DNA of 64,000 nucleotides, from contig CAWENF010000014.1 in the NCBI GenBank assembly GCA_963810275.1, positions 32,001 to 96,000 on the forward strand, in the 5' to 3' direction. Source of the DNA: an uncultured archaeon. Lineage in GTDB: Archaea; Thermoproteota; Bathyarchaeia; Bathyarchaeales; Bathycorpusculaceae. Made by a program: the position numbers and the translations under genes. Below are positions 10,068-20,079 of the stretch, in pieces (the first letter of the stretch is position 1; each line of letters starts with the position of its first letter). The notes beneath the pieces are model-generated. The model was not told where the DNA came from. It worked only from the letters and a program-made list of their open reading frames with translations, and did not search any database.

Positions 10068-10450
10068 GTTTTCATAAGGGGCTCTAGTATAGCGAATGCA
10101 TTGCCTTCAGGGTCTTCCGCTGCTGCTATCCACCCTACTTCTGGAACTTCCTGTTTTGCCTGCGTGATTTTGCCGCCTAACTTGACTATTTTATCGAGGA
10201 ATTCGCTGACGGATTCGACGGCGATGTAGTTGATGGGTTTGCTCTCTGGAACTAAACACTTGTATAGTCCACCGTTGACGCCTGGTGCTTGGAGCATACC
10301 CTTGTCGTCGGTGGGTACGGTTTGTATTATCCAATACTCGACTGGCCCGCCTGCTTGGACGATTTTCCACCCGAAAACTTGTTCGTAGAAGCTTTTGAGT
10401 TTCTGTACATCGTTTGCAGGGATTTCAAAATGAACAACTGTGTGATTCAA
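10064..10450 (-). CDS. VOC/glyoxalase family protein
   Basis: VVHFEIPA.D.....FYEQVFGW and DPEGNAF motifs. Confidence 0.88.
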   Translation of the reverse strand: MNHTVVHFEIPANDVQKLKSFYEQVFGWKIVQAGGPVEYWIIQTVPTDDKGMLQAPGVNGGLYKCLVPESKPINYIAVESVSEFLDKIVKLGGKITQAKQEVPEVGWIAAAEDPEGNAFAILEPLMKT

Positions 10451-10584
10451 ACTTTCTTCACCTCCATCTACCTCAACCGTAATGGATAGAAATACAATCT
10501 ATAGGTAGAGCACTTTGGAGATTTAACTCTTACCAAAACAAGAAAACAAAAATTAGCTAAATAGAAGAAAAGGGTTTGAGACGC

Positions 10585-11391
10585 TTACTGAGGCGCTTCA
10601 GTTTTTGCTTCTTCAGCAGGTTTCTCCTCCGCGGATGCAGGAGTCTCGGCTGCTGGTGCTTCTGCGGCGGGTTCTGGCGTAGGTGCGGGGGCTGCTTCGG
10701 GTTTAGGTTCTGACTTGAAGGTTTCGACGAACTTTATTTCAGTAAAGTCAGGAACGAATTTTTGAATATCCATGGCGATGCCGCGTTTGTAGATTTCAAG
10801 GTGCTCAATGTAGAATGCGTCTTCAGGAACATCAATTGTTAATGTAGCGCCATCTAAAGTGAGGGTGAATTTCCCTTCTTCGACAATGGGGATTCTACGG
10901 TGGACCAGCGAGTTGATTTTATCTTCTTTGCCTTCGAGCTGTTTGGTAACTGTGACTTCGTAGACGAGCGTTCTGCCTGCCAAGGGCGGGTTGAAGTCAA
11001 GTAAAACGCGACCTGCGCCAATGCTGCGGACTGTGGCGTTTTTGCCTTGGAACTCGATTTGTGCACCGATGACTGGGTTGATTTCTTTAGCGTAAAGTTG
11101 CTTGATTGGGACGCGTTTGATTTTTTCTGGGTCTCTAGGTCCGAAGCCTTTCTCAGGCGAAATCTCCACGGTTGCCGGTTTGGCGACTTCCATGGTTTTT
11201 AGAGAATCGTCAAGGGCTTCCATAACCCAGCGTTCTCCGATAACTACGAGTTTAGGTTCGTATATTCTGCCTTCTTTGAAAAGGTGCTCTTTTTTAGCGA
11301 CATCTTCTTGGGTTGTGTCAAAAACTTCGTTTGTTTCTTTAACTTTAGCTACGTAATCGATGAGAATGAAATCTCCTTTTTGTAGGGCCAT
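10585..11391 (-). CDS. Long-type archaeal FKBP peptidyl-prolyl isomerase (SlyD-like)
   Basis: GDFILIDY, VFDTT, PEKGFG, DFNPPLAGRTL; acidic Pro/Ala-rich tail. Confidence 0.9.
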   Translation of the reverse strand: MALQKGDFILIDYVAKVKETNEVFDTTQEDVAKKEHLFKEGRIYEPKLVVIGERWVMEALDDSLKTMEVAKPATVEISPEKGFGPRDPEKIKRVPIKQLYAKEINPVIGAQIEFQGKNATVRSIGAGRVLLDFNPPLAGRTLVYEVTVTKQLEGKEDKINSLVHRRIPIVEEGKFTLTLDGATLTIDVPEDAFYIEHLEIYKRGIAMDIQKFVPDFTEIKFVETFKSEPKPEAAPAPTPEPAAEAPAAETPASAEEKPAEEAKTEAPQ

Positions 11392-11723
11392 CTTTTATCA
11401 TCCTTTAACTGTACGGGGAAGTGTAGAGTTCCAAAGCGCAATAAAAACTTTGTCCAGCCAGAAACGTATGTAATGACACAAAAACAGCGCTTTATTCCTC
11501 AAAAAGGAAGAATAGCTTTTAGGAGCCTTTTCAATAGGGAACTATGTATATAATAGATTTGGTCATAGGTAGTTTAGAGAGCGTCTATTTTTTGTGTAAT
11601 ATGTCAAATCTAGAAATATAGTTCATAAGTAAAAATTGTGAATTAAGATTTGAGAAGGCAAGCGAGGATGAAGGAGAAGGTTCATGTATTCTATTAAGAC
11701 CGGTATTCTGCCCAGCCTTCATA

Positions 11724-12032
11724 TTGGTAGCTATGGGGACAATAGACTGCATAACCACAGTAATCGGCACCCTCCATTTTGGCGCTACGGAATCCAACCC
11801 AATCATGGCATCCGTAGTAGGTAATGTCCCTCTTTTCATGTCGCTCAAACTCGCAGCAACATTCTGCATCGCAAGCACCTACGTTTTAGCCAATAAAATC
11901 CTCCACAGCAGCCTGGACAAAACCACCAAAGGCTTCCAGGTTGGCAGCAAAATAATTAAAGGCACATATTCTGGCTTAATTATGTTCTTGGTTGTGGTGG
12001 TAGTCAACAACTGCTTAGTGCTCATAGTATAA
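11724..12032 (+). CDS. Small membrane protein, DUF5658-like
   Basis: D..TT..G...GA.E.NPIM...........LKL...NN pattern; three hydrophobic segments. Confidence 0.65.
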   Translation: MVAMGTIDCITTVIGTLHFGATESNPIMASVVGNVPLFMSLKLAATFCIASTYVLANKILHSSLDKTTKGFQVGSKIIKGTYSGLIMFLVVVVVNNCLVLIV

Positions 12033-12198
12033 ACCCCGCTGGGACACCAGAAAACCACTAATATAAGCCATAAGTATGGGCGTAGAAACACAAATCAAAT
12101 ATTTAGGTGCCAACAAATCTAACTTGTACAAGCGCCAACGCGTAAAAAGCTAAGAAACGCTTAACTGAGAAACAGTACATATCAGGTTGTGAAACCAA

Positions 12199-12837
12199 AT
12201 GCCGTTCAATTTATTCCACAGAAAAAAGCCAGAACAAGAAGAACCAGAAGCAGCCCCAACCACCGAACAGGCACCTGAGCCCACGCCAGAAGCCCCAGTT
12301 AAAGCTGCATTTGAACCCATAGAGTCTGAAATGGTTGAGGAATCCAAAACAAATCTACAATCAGAACCAGAGCCTAAACCTGAACCCGAATCGCCAGCAG
12401 CGGAACCCGAACCTCAAGAACACCCCGGAGAGCAACCAGCCGAGGCGCCAATAGCATTAGAACCGCAGCCAGAACCTGAACAACCCGTTAAATCGCCGTC
12501 AGAGGAACCCCAAGCACCGTTAGAACCAGAACCTACATCTAAAATTTATCTAAAAGCCATGCCGCTCAAAGAATTAACGGATGTAGAAAACGTAAAAGAA
12601 GCAGTAACGAACGGCAACATAATAATTTTGCGAATCACACCTCTTGCTGGAAAGAGCATAGAGGACGTCAAAAAAGCAGTTAACGACTTGTTCGAGTTTT
12701 CTGAATCCGTGGGTGGCGACATCGCCCGCCTTGGTGAGGAGCGTGTTGTTATCTGCCCTAAAACAGTGCGAATTTGGCGTGAAAAAACTCCAGTGCCAGT
12801 CCCGAAAAGAGATCCGCTTCCGCCTACAACAGCCTAA
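12199..12837 (+). CDS. sepF: Cell division protein SepF with long Glu/Pro-rich N-terminal linker
   Basis: C-terminal KIYLKAMPL...GNIIILRITPL...GGDIARLGEERVVICP is archaeal SepF-like. Confidence 0.8.
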   Translation: MPFNLFHRKKPEQEEPEAAPTTEQAPEPTPEAPVKAAFEPIESEMVEESKTNLQSEPEPKPEPESPAAEPEPQEHPGEQPAEAPIALEPQPEPEQPVKSPSEEPQAPLEPEPTSKIYLKAMPLKELTDVENVKEAVTNGNIIILRITPLAGKSIEDVKKAVNDLFEFSESVGGDIARLGEERVVICPKTVRIWREKTPVPVPKRDPLPPTTA

Positions 12838-14749
12838 AGGTTTCCAGCGCAGACGGAACCACTGTATGTATTCCGGCTTTGTTGTCTAGGAAGTTGCCGA
12901 AGTTTAGGGTCTTTTGTCTTTCGCCGTGCACTACAAAGATGCGTTCAGGTTTAGGAGACAGATGGGTGAGATAGTTGACAAGTTGGCGGCGGTCGCTGTG
13001 TCCACTGAATCCTTCCACGGTTTGTACGCCCATTTTGACGCTGAAAGCAGCCATTTTGCCCTCGTTATCCATCATGGTGACTTCGCCAACGCCTTTCTGC
13101 ACGCGTCTCCCCATGGTGCCCTCGATTTGGTAGCTGACAAAGATGATTTGGTTTAGCTCGTTTGAAGCCCAGTTCTTAAAGTACTCAATTACGGGACCGC
13201 CTTCAAGCATACCGCTCGTGGCGAGTACAATACAAGGTTCACCTTCCATGATGCTACTGCGTTGGCTTGGGTGATCAACAATAGTGAAGTAATCAGATTT
13301 GAAGGGGTTAACTTCCTCGTGGAGGATGCTGTGCCGCACTTCGCGGCCAAGGTATTCGGGGTAGGCGGTGTGGATGGCTGTGGCTTCGCTGATCATGCCT
13401 TCAATGAACACTGGCGCCTCCTTCATTAGACCCCGCTTCATGTAGCCGTCGATGACCAACATGATTTCCTGAGCTCTGCCCACGGCGGGCACGGGTATGA
13501 GAACTTTGCCTTTACGTTCCAAGGTCTGGTTGATTGCTCGGGTTAGAGATTCTTCAGCTTCTACTCTGGTAGGCACAATGTCATCGGATCCACTGTAGGT
13601 AGATTCGGTGATGACAGTTTCGATTCGTGGAAACTCTGTGGCAGCCGCTTCAAGGAGCATAGTTCTTCCGAACTTGTAGTCGCCAGTGTAGACAATGTTA
13701 TGGAGGCCTTCACCTATGTGGAGGTGAACCATTGCGCCGCCCAAAATGTGACCACTGTTGTGTAGTGTTAAGCGGATATCGGGAGCGATGTCGGTGACGA
13801 CACCGAACCTGAGAGGGATCGTGTGAAGCACAGCTTCGCGAACGTCTTTTTGGTCGTAGAGGGGTGTAACGCCCTGCTTGTTGGCTACGTCGAGGTAGTC
13901 AAGCTGAAGCATAGTCATCAGATTTGACGTTGGCGCAGAGCAGTATATGGGTCCGTCGTAACCATACTTGTATAGGAATGGCACAAGCCCACAGTGATCG
14001 AGGTGCGCGTGACTTATGACAACAGCGTCAAGCGAGTCTATTTCAAACTCGGGACTGTCGAAGCGTGGGAATGACTCAAACGGTCGGGTAGAGCCAGGAT
14101 GGATACCACAGTCCAGTAGTACAGATGATTCGCGGGTTTTAATTAGGAATGCGCTGCGTCCAACTTCCTGTGCACCGCCCAAAACTGTCATGCGAACGTC
14201 GCCGACTTCGTAGCTTTTTGGGCGGAAAATACGTTCACCCACGGTTCGCAAAATGCGTTCGCGTTCTTTGCTTTCTGAGTGCAAGTAATGGCGCATATGA
14301 GTTACAATTTTAGATTTAATCGGCGGGCTACGTAGAACATGTGGACGCCACTTGGTTTTCTTAATTATTTCCTGAAGCACCGCGCCGTTTCTACCAATGA
14401 CTAAGCCAGGTTTTTTGGTTTCGATTATGATTTCGCCCAGTGAAGGGTCGAAGTTTATGTCGGTGATTTCAGCTTCGGGCGAGATGAGTTCACGGGCGAT
14501 TTTCTCTGCTTCCACCTCGGGGATACGCACGGATGGGTCGGGACGTATAACGATTCTTTTACGTATGACGCCGACTATCTCGGCCACGATGCTACTTTTG
14601 TCAACCAGAATTTCTGGACGTTTAGTGTAAACTGCAAGCATAGGACCCTCATATTCGATGCGGGTGACCTCTGCTTCGCGGGGAACTTTTTCGAGAATAT
14701 ACTGGCTAATTTCTATTTTATCCTTGTCTTTGTCTTGTGTTCGAGCCAC
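12824..14749 (-). CDS. Beta-CASP ribonuclease aCPSF1 / transcription termination factor FttA
   Basis: N-terminal KH domains, SHAHLDHCG, GHILG, YTGD, PAVGRAQE, FSGHSD; immediately downstream of psmB. Confidence 0.95.
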   Translation of the reverse strand: MARTQDKDKDKIEISQYILEKVPREAEVTRIEYEGPMLAVYTKRPEILVDKSSIVAEIVGVIRKRIVIRPDPSVRIPEVEAEKIARELISPEAEITDINFDPSLGEIIIETKKPGLVIGRNGAVLQEIIKKTKWRPHVLRSPPIKSKIVTHMRHYLHSESKERERILRTVGERIFRPKSYEVGDVRMTVLGGAQEVGRSAFLIKTRESSVLLDCGIHPGSTRPFESFPRFDSPEFEIDSLDAVVISHAHLDHCGLVPFLYKYGYDGPIYCSAPTSNLMTMLQLDYLDVANKQGVTPLYDQKDVREAVLHTIPLRFGVVTDIAPDIRLTLHNSGHILGGAMVHLHIGEGLHNIVYTGDYKFGRTMLLEAAATEFPRIETVITESTYSGSDDIVPTRVEAEESLTRAINQTLERKGKVLIPVPAVGRAQEIMLVIDGYMKRGLMKEAPVFIEGMISEATAIHTAYPEYLGREVRHSILHEEVNPFKSDYFTIVDHPSQRSSIMEGEPCIVLATSGMLEGGPVIEYFKNWASNELNQIIFVSYQIEGTMGRRVQKGVGEVTMMDNEGKMAAFSVKMGVQTVEGFSGHSDRRQLVNYLTHLSPKPERIFVVHGERQKTLNFGNFLDNKAGIHTVVPSALETFRLL

Positions 14750-14753
14750 AGTA

Positions 14754-15398
14754 TTAACTTCCTGCCTGTAGCAGCTTAGATTTCTCCTCGTCGGTTAACT
14801 CTTTGTAACCGAGCTTGGTGATTACTATAATGTTGTAGTTGTTGCCGCTTGCTACGTCGCGTTTCATGGCTGCATTGACAGCCTTAGCGATGGTAGGCAA
14901 CGTTTCTTCTATAGTGGAGTCTTCTTTGAATTTGTCTTCCAAAACACCATAGGCAACTGGGCTGCCGCTGCCGGTGGAAACCATTTTTTCTTCGGTTAAG
15001 CTTCCGTAAGGGTCCAAGTTGAACACGTGAGAACCAGATTCGTCTACGCCGCCGACAAGCACTTGAGTTTGAAGGGGAATATATCTGCCTTGGAAAAGAA
15101 GGTTTGCAACCAGTCTTGCCGCTGAAGCAATAGGTATGGGGCGGTTCAGGTTGGTTTTGTAGAGTTGAGCATTGGCGGTTAAGATGTCGACGACGCGTTG
15201 GGCATCTGCGACTGTTCCGGCGATGGTCATGCCGATGTGGTCGTCAATTTTGTAGACTTTTTTGCCTGCTTTGTGAGCAACGTAGTAACCCATGGTTACA
15301 CGGGTGTCAGAGGCTAAGATTACGCCGTCTTTGCATACGACGCCGATTGTTGTGGTTCCTTTGAGGATTAATTGGCTAGCTGGGTTATTTTGTGACAT
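14754..15398 (-). CDS. psmB: Proteasome beta subunit
   Basis: Propeptide followed by LKG|TTTIG catalytic Thr, and STGSGS. Confidence 0.95.
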   Translation of the reverse strand: MSQNNPASQLILKGTTTIGVVCKDGVILASDTRVTMGYYVAHKAGKKVYKIDDHIGMTIAGTVADAQRVVDILTANAQLYKTNLNRPIPIASAARLVANLLFQGRYIPLQTQVLVGGVDESGSHVFNLDPYGSLTEEKMVSTGSGSPVAYGVLEDKFKEDSTIEETLPTIAKAVNAAMKRDVASGNNYNIIVITKLGYKELTDEEKSKLLQAGS

Positions 15399-15574
15399 AG
15401 TTTTTTGCTCCTAAAACTCCGTTTTGCGGAATGCCATCCACTAGGAAGATGCATGAAGTAATCAATCTATGAGCCTAATTAATATTTCGCCAAACATTTA
15501 GAGCAACATATTCCCATATAGAAGTGGCAAAGAGAGGAACATTTTTAGGTAACTGGCGATGTTAGTTGCAACTC

Positions 15575-15644
15575 GGCGCGTGAGTGGTGCTTCCCACCCG
15601 TTGCGCCAAATAAAATAAAACCCGGAGTAGGGAGGCAAATACAG
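15575..15644 (+). promoter_or_regulatory. Structured 5' leader of queT-queC; candidate preQ-type riboswitch
   Basis: Stem GGCGCG/TGCGCC enclosing GTGG-TGCTTC-CCAC, then a 13-nt A-rich linker, then CCCGGAGTAGGGAGG (contains the SD) complementary to the hairpin loop. Confidence 0.5.
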
Positions 15645-16175
15645 TTGAAAATACGAACCAAAGATTTAGCTCTAATAACAATATATGCCGCTTTATATGC
15701 GGCGCTTGTAGTTGGATTAGCACCACTCTCTTATGGACCCCTTCAAATTAGAATCGCCGACGCTATGGTTGCATCAATACCCATCTTTGGCATGGCTGGT
15801 GTTTTGGGACATACACTGGGCGTTTTTGTTGCGAACATGTTCTCACCTTTAGGATTTATTGACTTACTCAACACCATCCCCTCGTTTGTTATGGCATTTG
15901 TGGTTTATTATGTGTATAAACGCACACAAAACGACTACACCATCATCGCTACGTGTCTGACGTATTCAGCGGTTTTGGGCGTTACAGTAGGCTGGATGCT
16001 GTCCCTTTTTGGGGCTCCACTGCTCTTAACTATGGCGTACGTTGGAATTGGCAATGCAATCGCAAGCGTAGCAATCGGTTGGCCCATCTTCAAAGTGCTC
16101 AAAAGCATCGGCGTCTACAAATGGTTCTGCAACTGCACGTACGCCCAGCCTCCGGCAGGCAATGGTTCAAGTTAA
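15645..16175 (+). CDS. queT: QueT family (COG4708) 7-deazaguanine precursor transporter
   Basis: AALYAAL...PLSYGPLQIRIAD...LGVFVANMFSPLG..D pattern; multiple TM segments; adjacent to queC; TTG start with GGGAGG upstream. Confidence 0.85.
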   Translation: MKIRTKDLALITIYAALYAALVVGLAPLSYGPLQIRIADAMVASIPIFGMAGVLGHTLGVFVANMFSPLGFIDLLNTIPSFVMAFVVYYVYKRTQNDYTIIATCLTYSAVLGVTVGWMLSLFGAPLLLTMAYVGIGNAIASVAIGWPIFKVLKSIGVYKWFCNCTYAQPPAGNGSS

Positions 16176-16187
16176 TGGTGAAAAAAT

Positions 16188-16841
16188 ATGGAATCAAGAA
16201 AATGTATAGTCGTCCTAAGCGGCGGACCAGACTCCGCAGTTGTAGCGCACTGGGCTAAAGCTCAGGGTTACCAAATCCACCCCATCACCTTCAAGTATGG
16301 GCAAATCGCCGAGAAAGAAACCCAAGCTGCAAAACAAATCGCCGAGAAACTTGGTACCACAACCAAAGTCATTGACCTCTCAGCGCTTAAAGAAATCTTT
16401 AGCGGCAACACCAGTCTGGTTAGCCGCGATATTCCGTTAACAGCGCAGTTCAGCAGCCCCATCATCGTACCCTTCCGAAACGCCATATTCCTGTCCGCGG
16501 CTGTTGCCTACGCCGTCACCGCCGGAGCACAAATAATCTTTTACGGCGCACACGGCAGCGACGAGCCATTCTACCCTGACTGCCGCAAAGAATTCTACGA
16601 AGCGTTCGAAAAAGCCGCCCGGTTGGGCACTGACTGCAAAATCAGCATCCAAGCACCGTTTAGCGAACTCAAAAAATCTGAAGTTATAACAGAAGGCGAA
16701 AAACTCAATGTACCCTTTGAGTTAACCTGGTCCTGCTATCTCGACGGCAGCAAACACTGTGGAAGATGCGAGTCCTGTGTCAACCGCAGAAAAGCATTCA
16801 AAGAAGCAGCAATCTCTGACCCAACAGCCTACGATGCTTAA
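16188..16841 (+). CDS. queC: 7-cyano-7-deazaguanine synthase
   Basis: VLSGGPDS PP-loop, YGQ, VPFRNAIFL, YPDCR, TWSCY...HCGRCESC zinc site. Confidence 0.95.
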   Translation: MESRKCIVVLSGGPDSAVVAHWAKAQGYQIHPITFKYGQIAEKETQAAKQIAEKLGTTTKVIDLSALKEIFSGNTSLVSRDIPLTAQFSSPIIVPFRNAIFLSAAVAYAVTAGAQIIFYGAHGSDEPFYPDCRKEFYEAFEKAARLGTDCKISIQAPFSELKKSEVITEGEKLNVPFELTWSCYLDGSKHCGRCESCVNRRKAFKEAAISDPTAYDA

Positions 16842-17914
16842 AATAGGGTTTTCTGTTTATCGCAAAATTGCAGGTTAGAAACCCTAACACCAATAAGCCT
16901 CATTTTTCTTCCATTAAGACATGGCAGTAACAACTCTTTTGAAGTTTTATTTAAATCCTCCACTCTGCCGGTCAGGCGTGGAAGCGTTTTGCTTTTCGTA
17001 TGCGTTTCGAAGCCTTGGTAACGGATTTTGACAGTGACTGTTTTGAATAGCAGTTTCTGTTCGGCGGCTTCTTTTTGCACTTCCATGCACAACTCATCGA
17101 GCACTTTGAGGATAGCGTCTGGATACGCGGTGTCCGCCTCAAATGTAATTTCGTGACTGATGCTTTTAAGACCCTCACGCTCTTCCACTTCACTCTGATC
17201 CACGCCTTTAGCGTTTAGATGCATCTGCATACCCATCACACCAAACATGGAAGCCAAAGCGGTTGGGTCGTAACGGGCTAAGTCGCCGACTGTTTTTATG
17301 CCTAACGCTTTGAGTTTAACTTCGGTTTTTCGTCCCACCCAAAGTAGTTTGCGCACATCAAGTGGTGCAAGAAAAATTTGGGCGTCCTCCTCTCTGACCA
17401 CAGTTAAGCCATCGGGTTTTTGGTAGTCACTGGCAACTTTAGCGACCAGTTTGTTGGGTCCAACCCCTATTGAGGCTGTAAGATGCTCTTTTTCCTTGAT
17501 TTCTTGTTTGATTTGGCGAGCTAACTCCTCAGCATTTTCCCAGCTATGAACAATATCCGACACGTCGAGAAAAGCTTCATCTAAGCCCCATTGTTCAAAT
17601 CTGCCAGAGTACCGCCGTGCTATCGCCATTATTTCCCCAGAAACCTTGATGTAAAGTGGGAAACGAGGCGGCAAGTACACCGCATCTGGGCAAAGCCGCC
17701 AAGCCTGCGAAATCGGCATCCCACTTCGGACCCCGGTTGCTCTTGCCTCATAGTTACTGGTGCTCACAACACCTCTGCCTTTGCCCCTTTTAGGGTCTGC
17801 TCCAACCACGACAGGGGTGCCTGCAAGCTGAGGGTCTTCACGTTCCTCCACCGCCGTGTAGAAGTGATCCATATCGAGGTGGAGGATGAAGCGTTTTTTC
17901 TCCCTCATTACCAT
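16838..17914 (-). CDS. dinB: DNA polymerase IV (Y family)
   Basis: HLDMDHFY, STSNYEAR..GVRSGMP, GLDEAFLD, ASIG..PNKLVAKVASD..KPDG. Confidence 0.93.
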   Translation of the reverse strand: MVMREKKRFILHLDMDHFYTAVEEREDPQLAGTPVVVGADPKRGKGRGVVSTSNYEARATGVRSGMPISQAWRLCPDAVYLPPRFPLYIKVSGEIMAIARRYSGRFEQWGLDEAFLDVSDIVHSWENAEELARQIKQEIKEKEHLTASIGVGPNKLVAKVASDYQKPDGLTVVREEDAQIFLAPLDVRKLLWVGRKTEVKLKALGIKTVGDLARYDPTALASMFGVMGMQMHLNAKGVDQSEVEEREGLKSISHEITFEADTAYPDAILKVLDELCMEVQKEAAEQKLLFKTVTVKIRYQGFETHTKSKTLPRLTGRVEDLNKTSKELLLPCLNGRKMRLIGVRVSNLQFCDKQKTLF

Positions 17915-18016
17915 AAAGAACCTTTTGCACAATTAGAAATTTGAACCTATCGAAGAATCAGCCTGTCAAACCTAATATTCAACAGGAACCATAGTGAATC
18001 AGAGAGGATAAGTAAG

Positions 18017-18568
18017 ATGGATGTTTTTGAAGCTGTTCGAGTTCGCAAATCAATCCGAGCCTACCAAGATACGCCGGTTCCCAGAGAAAAACTTGAACGC
18101 ATTTTGGATGCGGGCAGGCTTGCCCCTTCGGCACGTAATACCGAGCCGTGGCATTTCATAGCCGTCACAGACACAGAAAAACGCAAGCGCCTCGCAGGCG
18201 GGTTATACGCCAAGTTCGTCGCCGAAGCGCCGCTCGCCATTGTTGTTTTGGGTGACAAAAAAGCCTCAGCAGATTGGTATGACGTAGATGCATCTTTAGC
18301 TTTGGAGAACATGGTTTTAACAGCGGTAAACGACGGACTAGGAACATGCGTCGTGGGTAGTTTCGACGAAAAAGATGTAAAAGACTTGCTTAAAGTGCCA
18401 GAAAACTTTGAAGTCATCGCTTTGATTGCAGTCGGCTACCCGAAAGAGAAAATAGATTTAACCGGCAAGTTGTTACGCCTAGTGAGCACCCGCAAAATCT
18501 TAACAGAAATCGCCAGTGAAGAAGAATACGGCAAGCCCTTCGTACCCAAAACATGGCTGCAAACCTGA
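18017..18568 (+). CDS. Nitroreductase family protein
   Basis: RKSIRAY, APSARNTEPWHF, GLGTC, IAVGYP. Confidence 0.9.
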   Translation: MDVFEAVRVRKSIRAYQDTPVPREKLERILDAGRLAPSARNTEPWHFIAVTDTEKRKRLAGGLYAKFVAEAPLAIVVLGDKKASADWYDVDASLALENMVLTAVNDGLGTCVVGSFDEKDVKDLLKVPENFEVIALIAVGYPKEKIDLTGKLLRLVSTRKILTEIASEEEYGKPFVPKTWLQT

Positions 18569-18660
18569 TTTTCTTTATATTTACGATTGGCATGTACCAT
18601 CCAGTAACGGCTAAATACGACAAAGCATAATCCGTTGATTACTTAGCAGGGGATACCATT

Positions 18661-19998
18661 ATGAAAGACGTTCCTGAAATCGTGCATGAACTTATTGAAG
18701 CATCCAAGAAGCATGAGCAGTACCGAGAGAAAGAATGCATAAACATGATCGCCAGTGAAGGCATAAAGTCCCCCGCCGTATGCCAGATGTTGGACATGAG
18801 CCACGACCTCGCCACCCGCTACGCTGAAGGCGAAAACGACGCCGAGGGTCATGTTAAGAAACGGTATTATCAGGGTCAAAAGTATATGAGCCAAATAGAG
18901 GACCTCGCCTGCGACGCTGTGAAAAGCTTATTTGGAACTAACTGGGCGGATGTCCGACTGATTTCTGGTACACACGCCAACACCGCCACCTTCAAAGGCC
19001 TTTCGTTGGCTTCCAAAAATAACAAGATGGTTGTAACACCATTGAGCTGCGGCGCACACATAAGCCATGACTACACGGGTTTAGCAGGCAGCATACTTGG
19101 CATAGACAATATCAACCACGTTTACGACATTAACGAGTTCAACATTGACGCTGAGAAATCTGCCTACGTCATCCGAGCTGCTAAACCAGGCATTGTCACC
19201 TTCGGCGGCAGCCTGTTTTTGTTCCCACACCCAATAAAAGAACTCAAGGCGGTCTGCGACGAAGTAGGCGCATACGTAGCATACGACGGAGCCCACGTCC
19301 TCGGCTTAATCGCAGGCGGACAATTCCAAGACCCCCTTCGCGAAGGCGCAGACTTCATAACAGCCTCCACCCACAAAACCTTCCCCGGACCACAAGGCGG
19401 CGTCATCATGGGCAACTCTGACTCTCCAGCAAAAGAAAAAGCCATCAAAAAAATCCAGCATGCAGTCTTCCCCCTAACAGCATCCAGCACACATCTCGGC
19501 AGACTTCCCGCATTGGGCATAGCCTGCCTTGAAATGAGCATTTTCGGCCAACAGTTGGCGGCGCAAATCGTCAAAAACGCTCAAACCGCAGGTCAATACC
19601 TCTTTGAGAACGGCGTCAAGGTGCTTGCCGAGCATAAAGGTTTCACACGCAGCCACCAAATCGCACTTGACGTCCGAAGCTTCGGCGGCGGCAACAAAAT
19701 CGCCCAAGACCTAGAAGACGCCAACATCATCCTAAACAAAAACTTGCTACCCTATGACGACCAAGCAGGAAAAGAAAACCCATCTGGTTTGCGTGTAGGC
19801 TTCCAAGATGTAACCCGCCATGGGATGATGGAAAGCGACATAAAGCTCCTCTGCGACTTGATGCTTGACGTCATCAAAGGCAAACGCACCCCCGCCGAAG
19901 TCAAGGTGGATGTGTTGGCGCTCAAAAGCGGGTTCTGCGGCGTCAAATACGGCTTCCAAACAGTCGAAGAAGCGATAAAATACGTCAAATCTGCTTAG
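18661..19998 (+). CDS. glyA: Serine hydroxymethyltransferase (archaeal type)
   Basis: NMIASE, RYAEG, GAHISH, YDGAHVLGL, STHKTFPGPQGG (PLP lysine), NKN, SGLRVG. Confidence 0.95.
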   Translation: MKDVPEIVHELIEASKKHEQYREKECINMIASEGIKSPAVCQMLDMSHDLATRYAEGENDAEGHVKKRYYQGQKYMSQIEDLACDAVKSLFGTNWADVRLISGTHANTATFKGLSLASKNNKMVVTPLSCGAHISHDYTGLAGSILGIDNINHVYDINEFNIDAEKSAYVIRAAKPGIVTFGGSLFLFPHPIKELKAVCDEVGAYVAYDGAHVLGLIAGGQFQDPLREGADFITASTHKTFPGPQGGVIMGNSDSPAKEKAIKKIQHAVFPLTASSTHLGRLPALGIACLEMSIFGQQLAAQIVKNAQTAGQYLFENGVKVLAEHKGFTRSHQIALDVRSFGGGNKIAQDLEDANIILNKNLLPYDDQAGKENPSGLRVGFQDVTRHGMMESDIKLLCDLMLDVIKGKRTPAEVKVDVLALKSGFCGVKYGFQTVEEAIKYVKSA

Positions 19999-20079
19999 CC
20001 CCGAAATTGGGGTTTTCCTTTTGTTTTTTGATAAAACTTAATTAACAGTTTTTTTAATCTCATGGTGACTTGAACGGCT

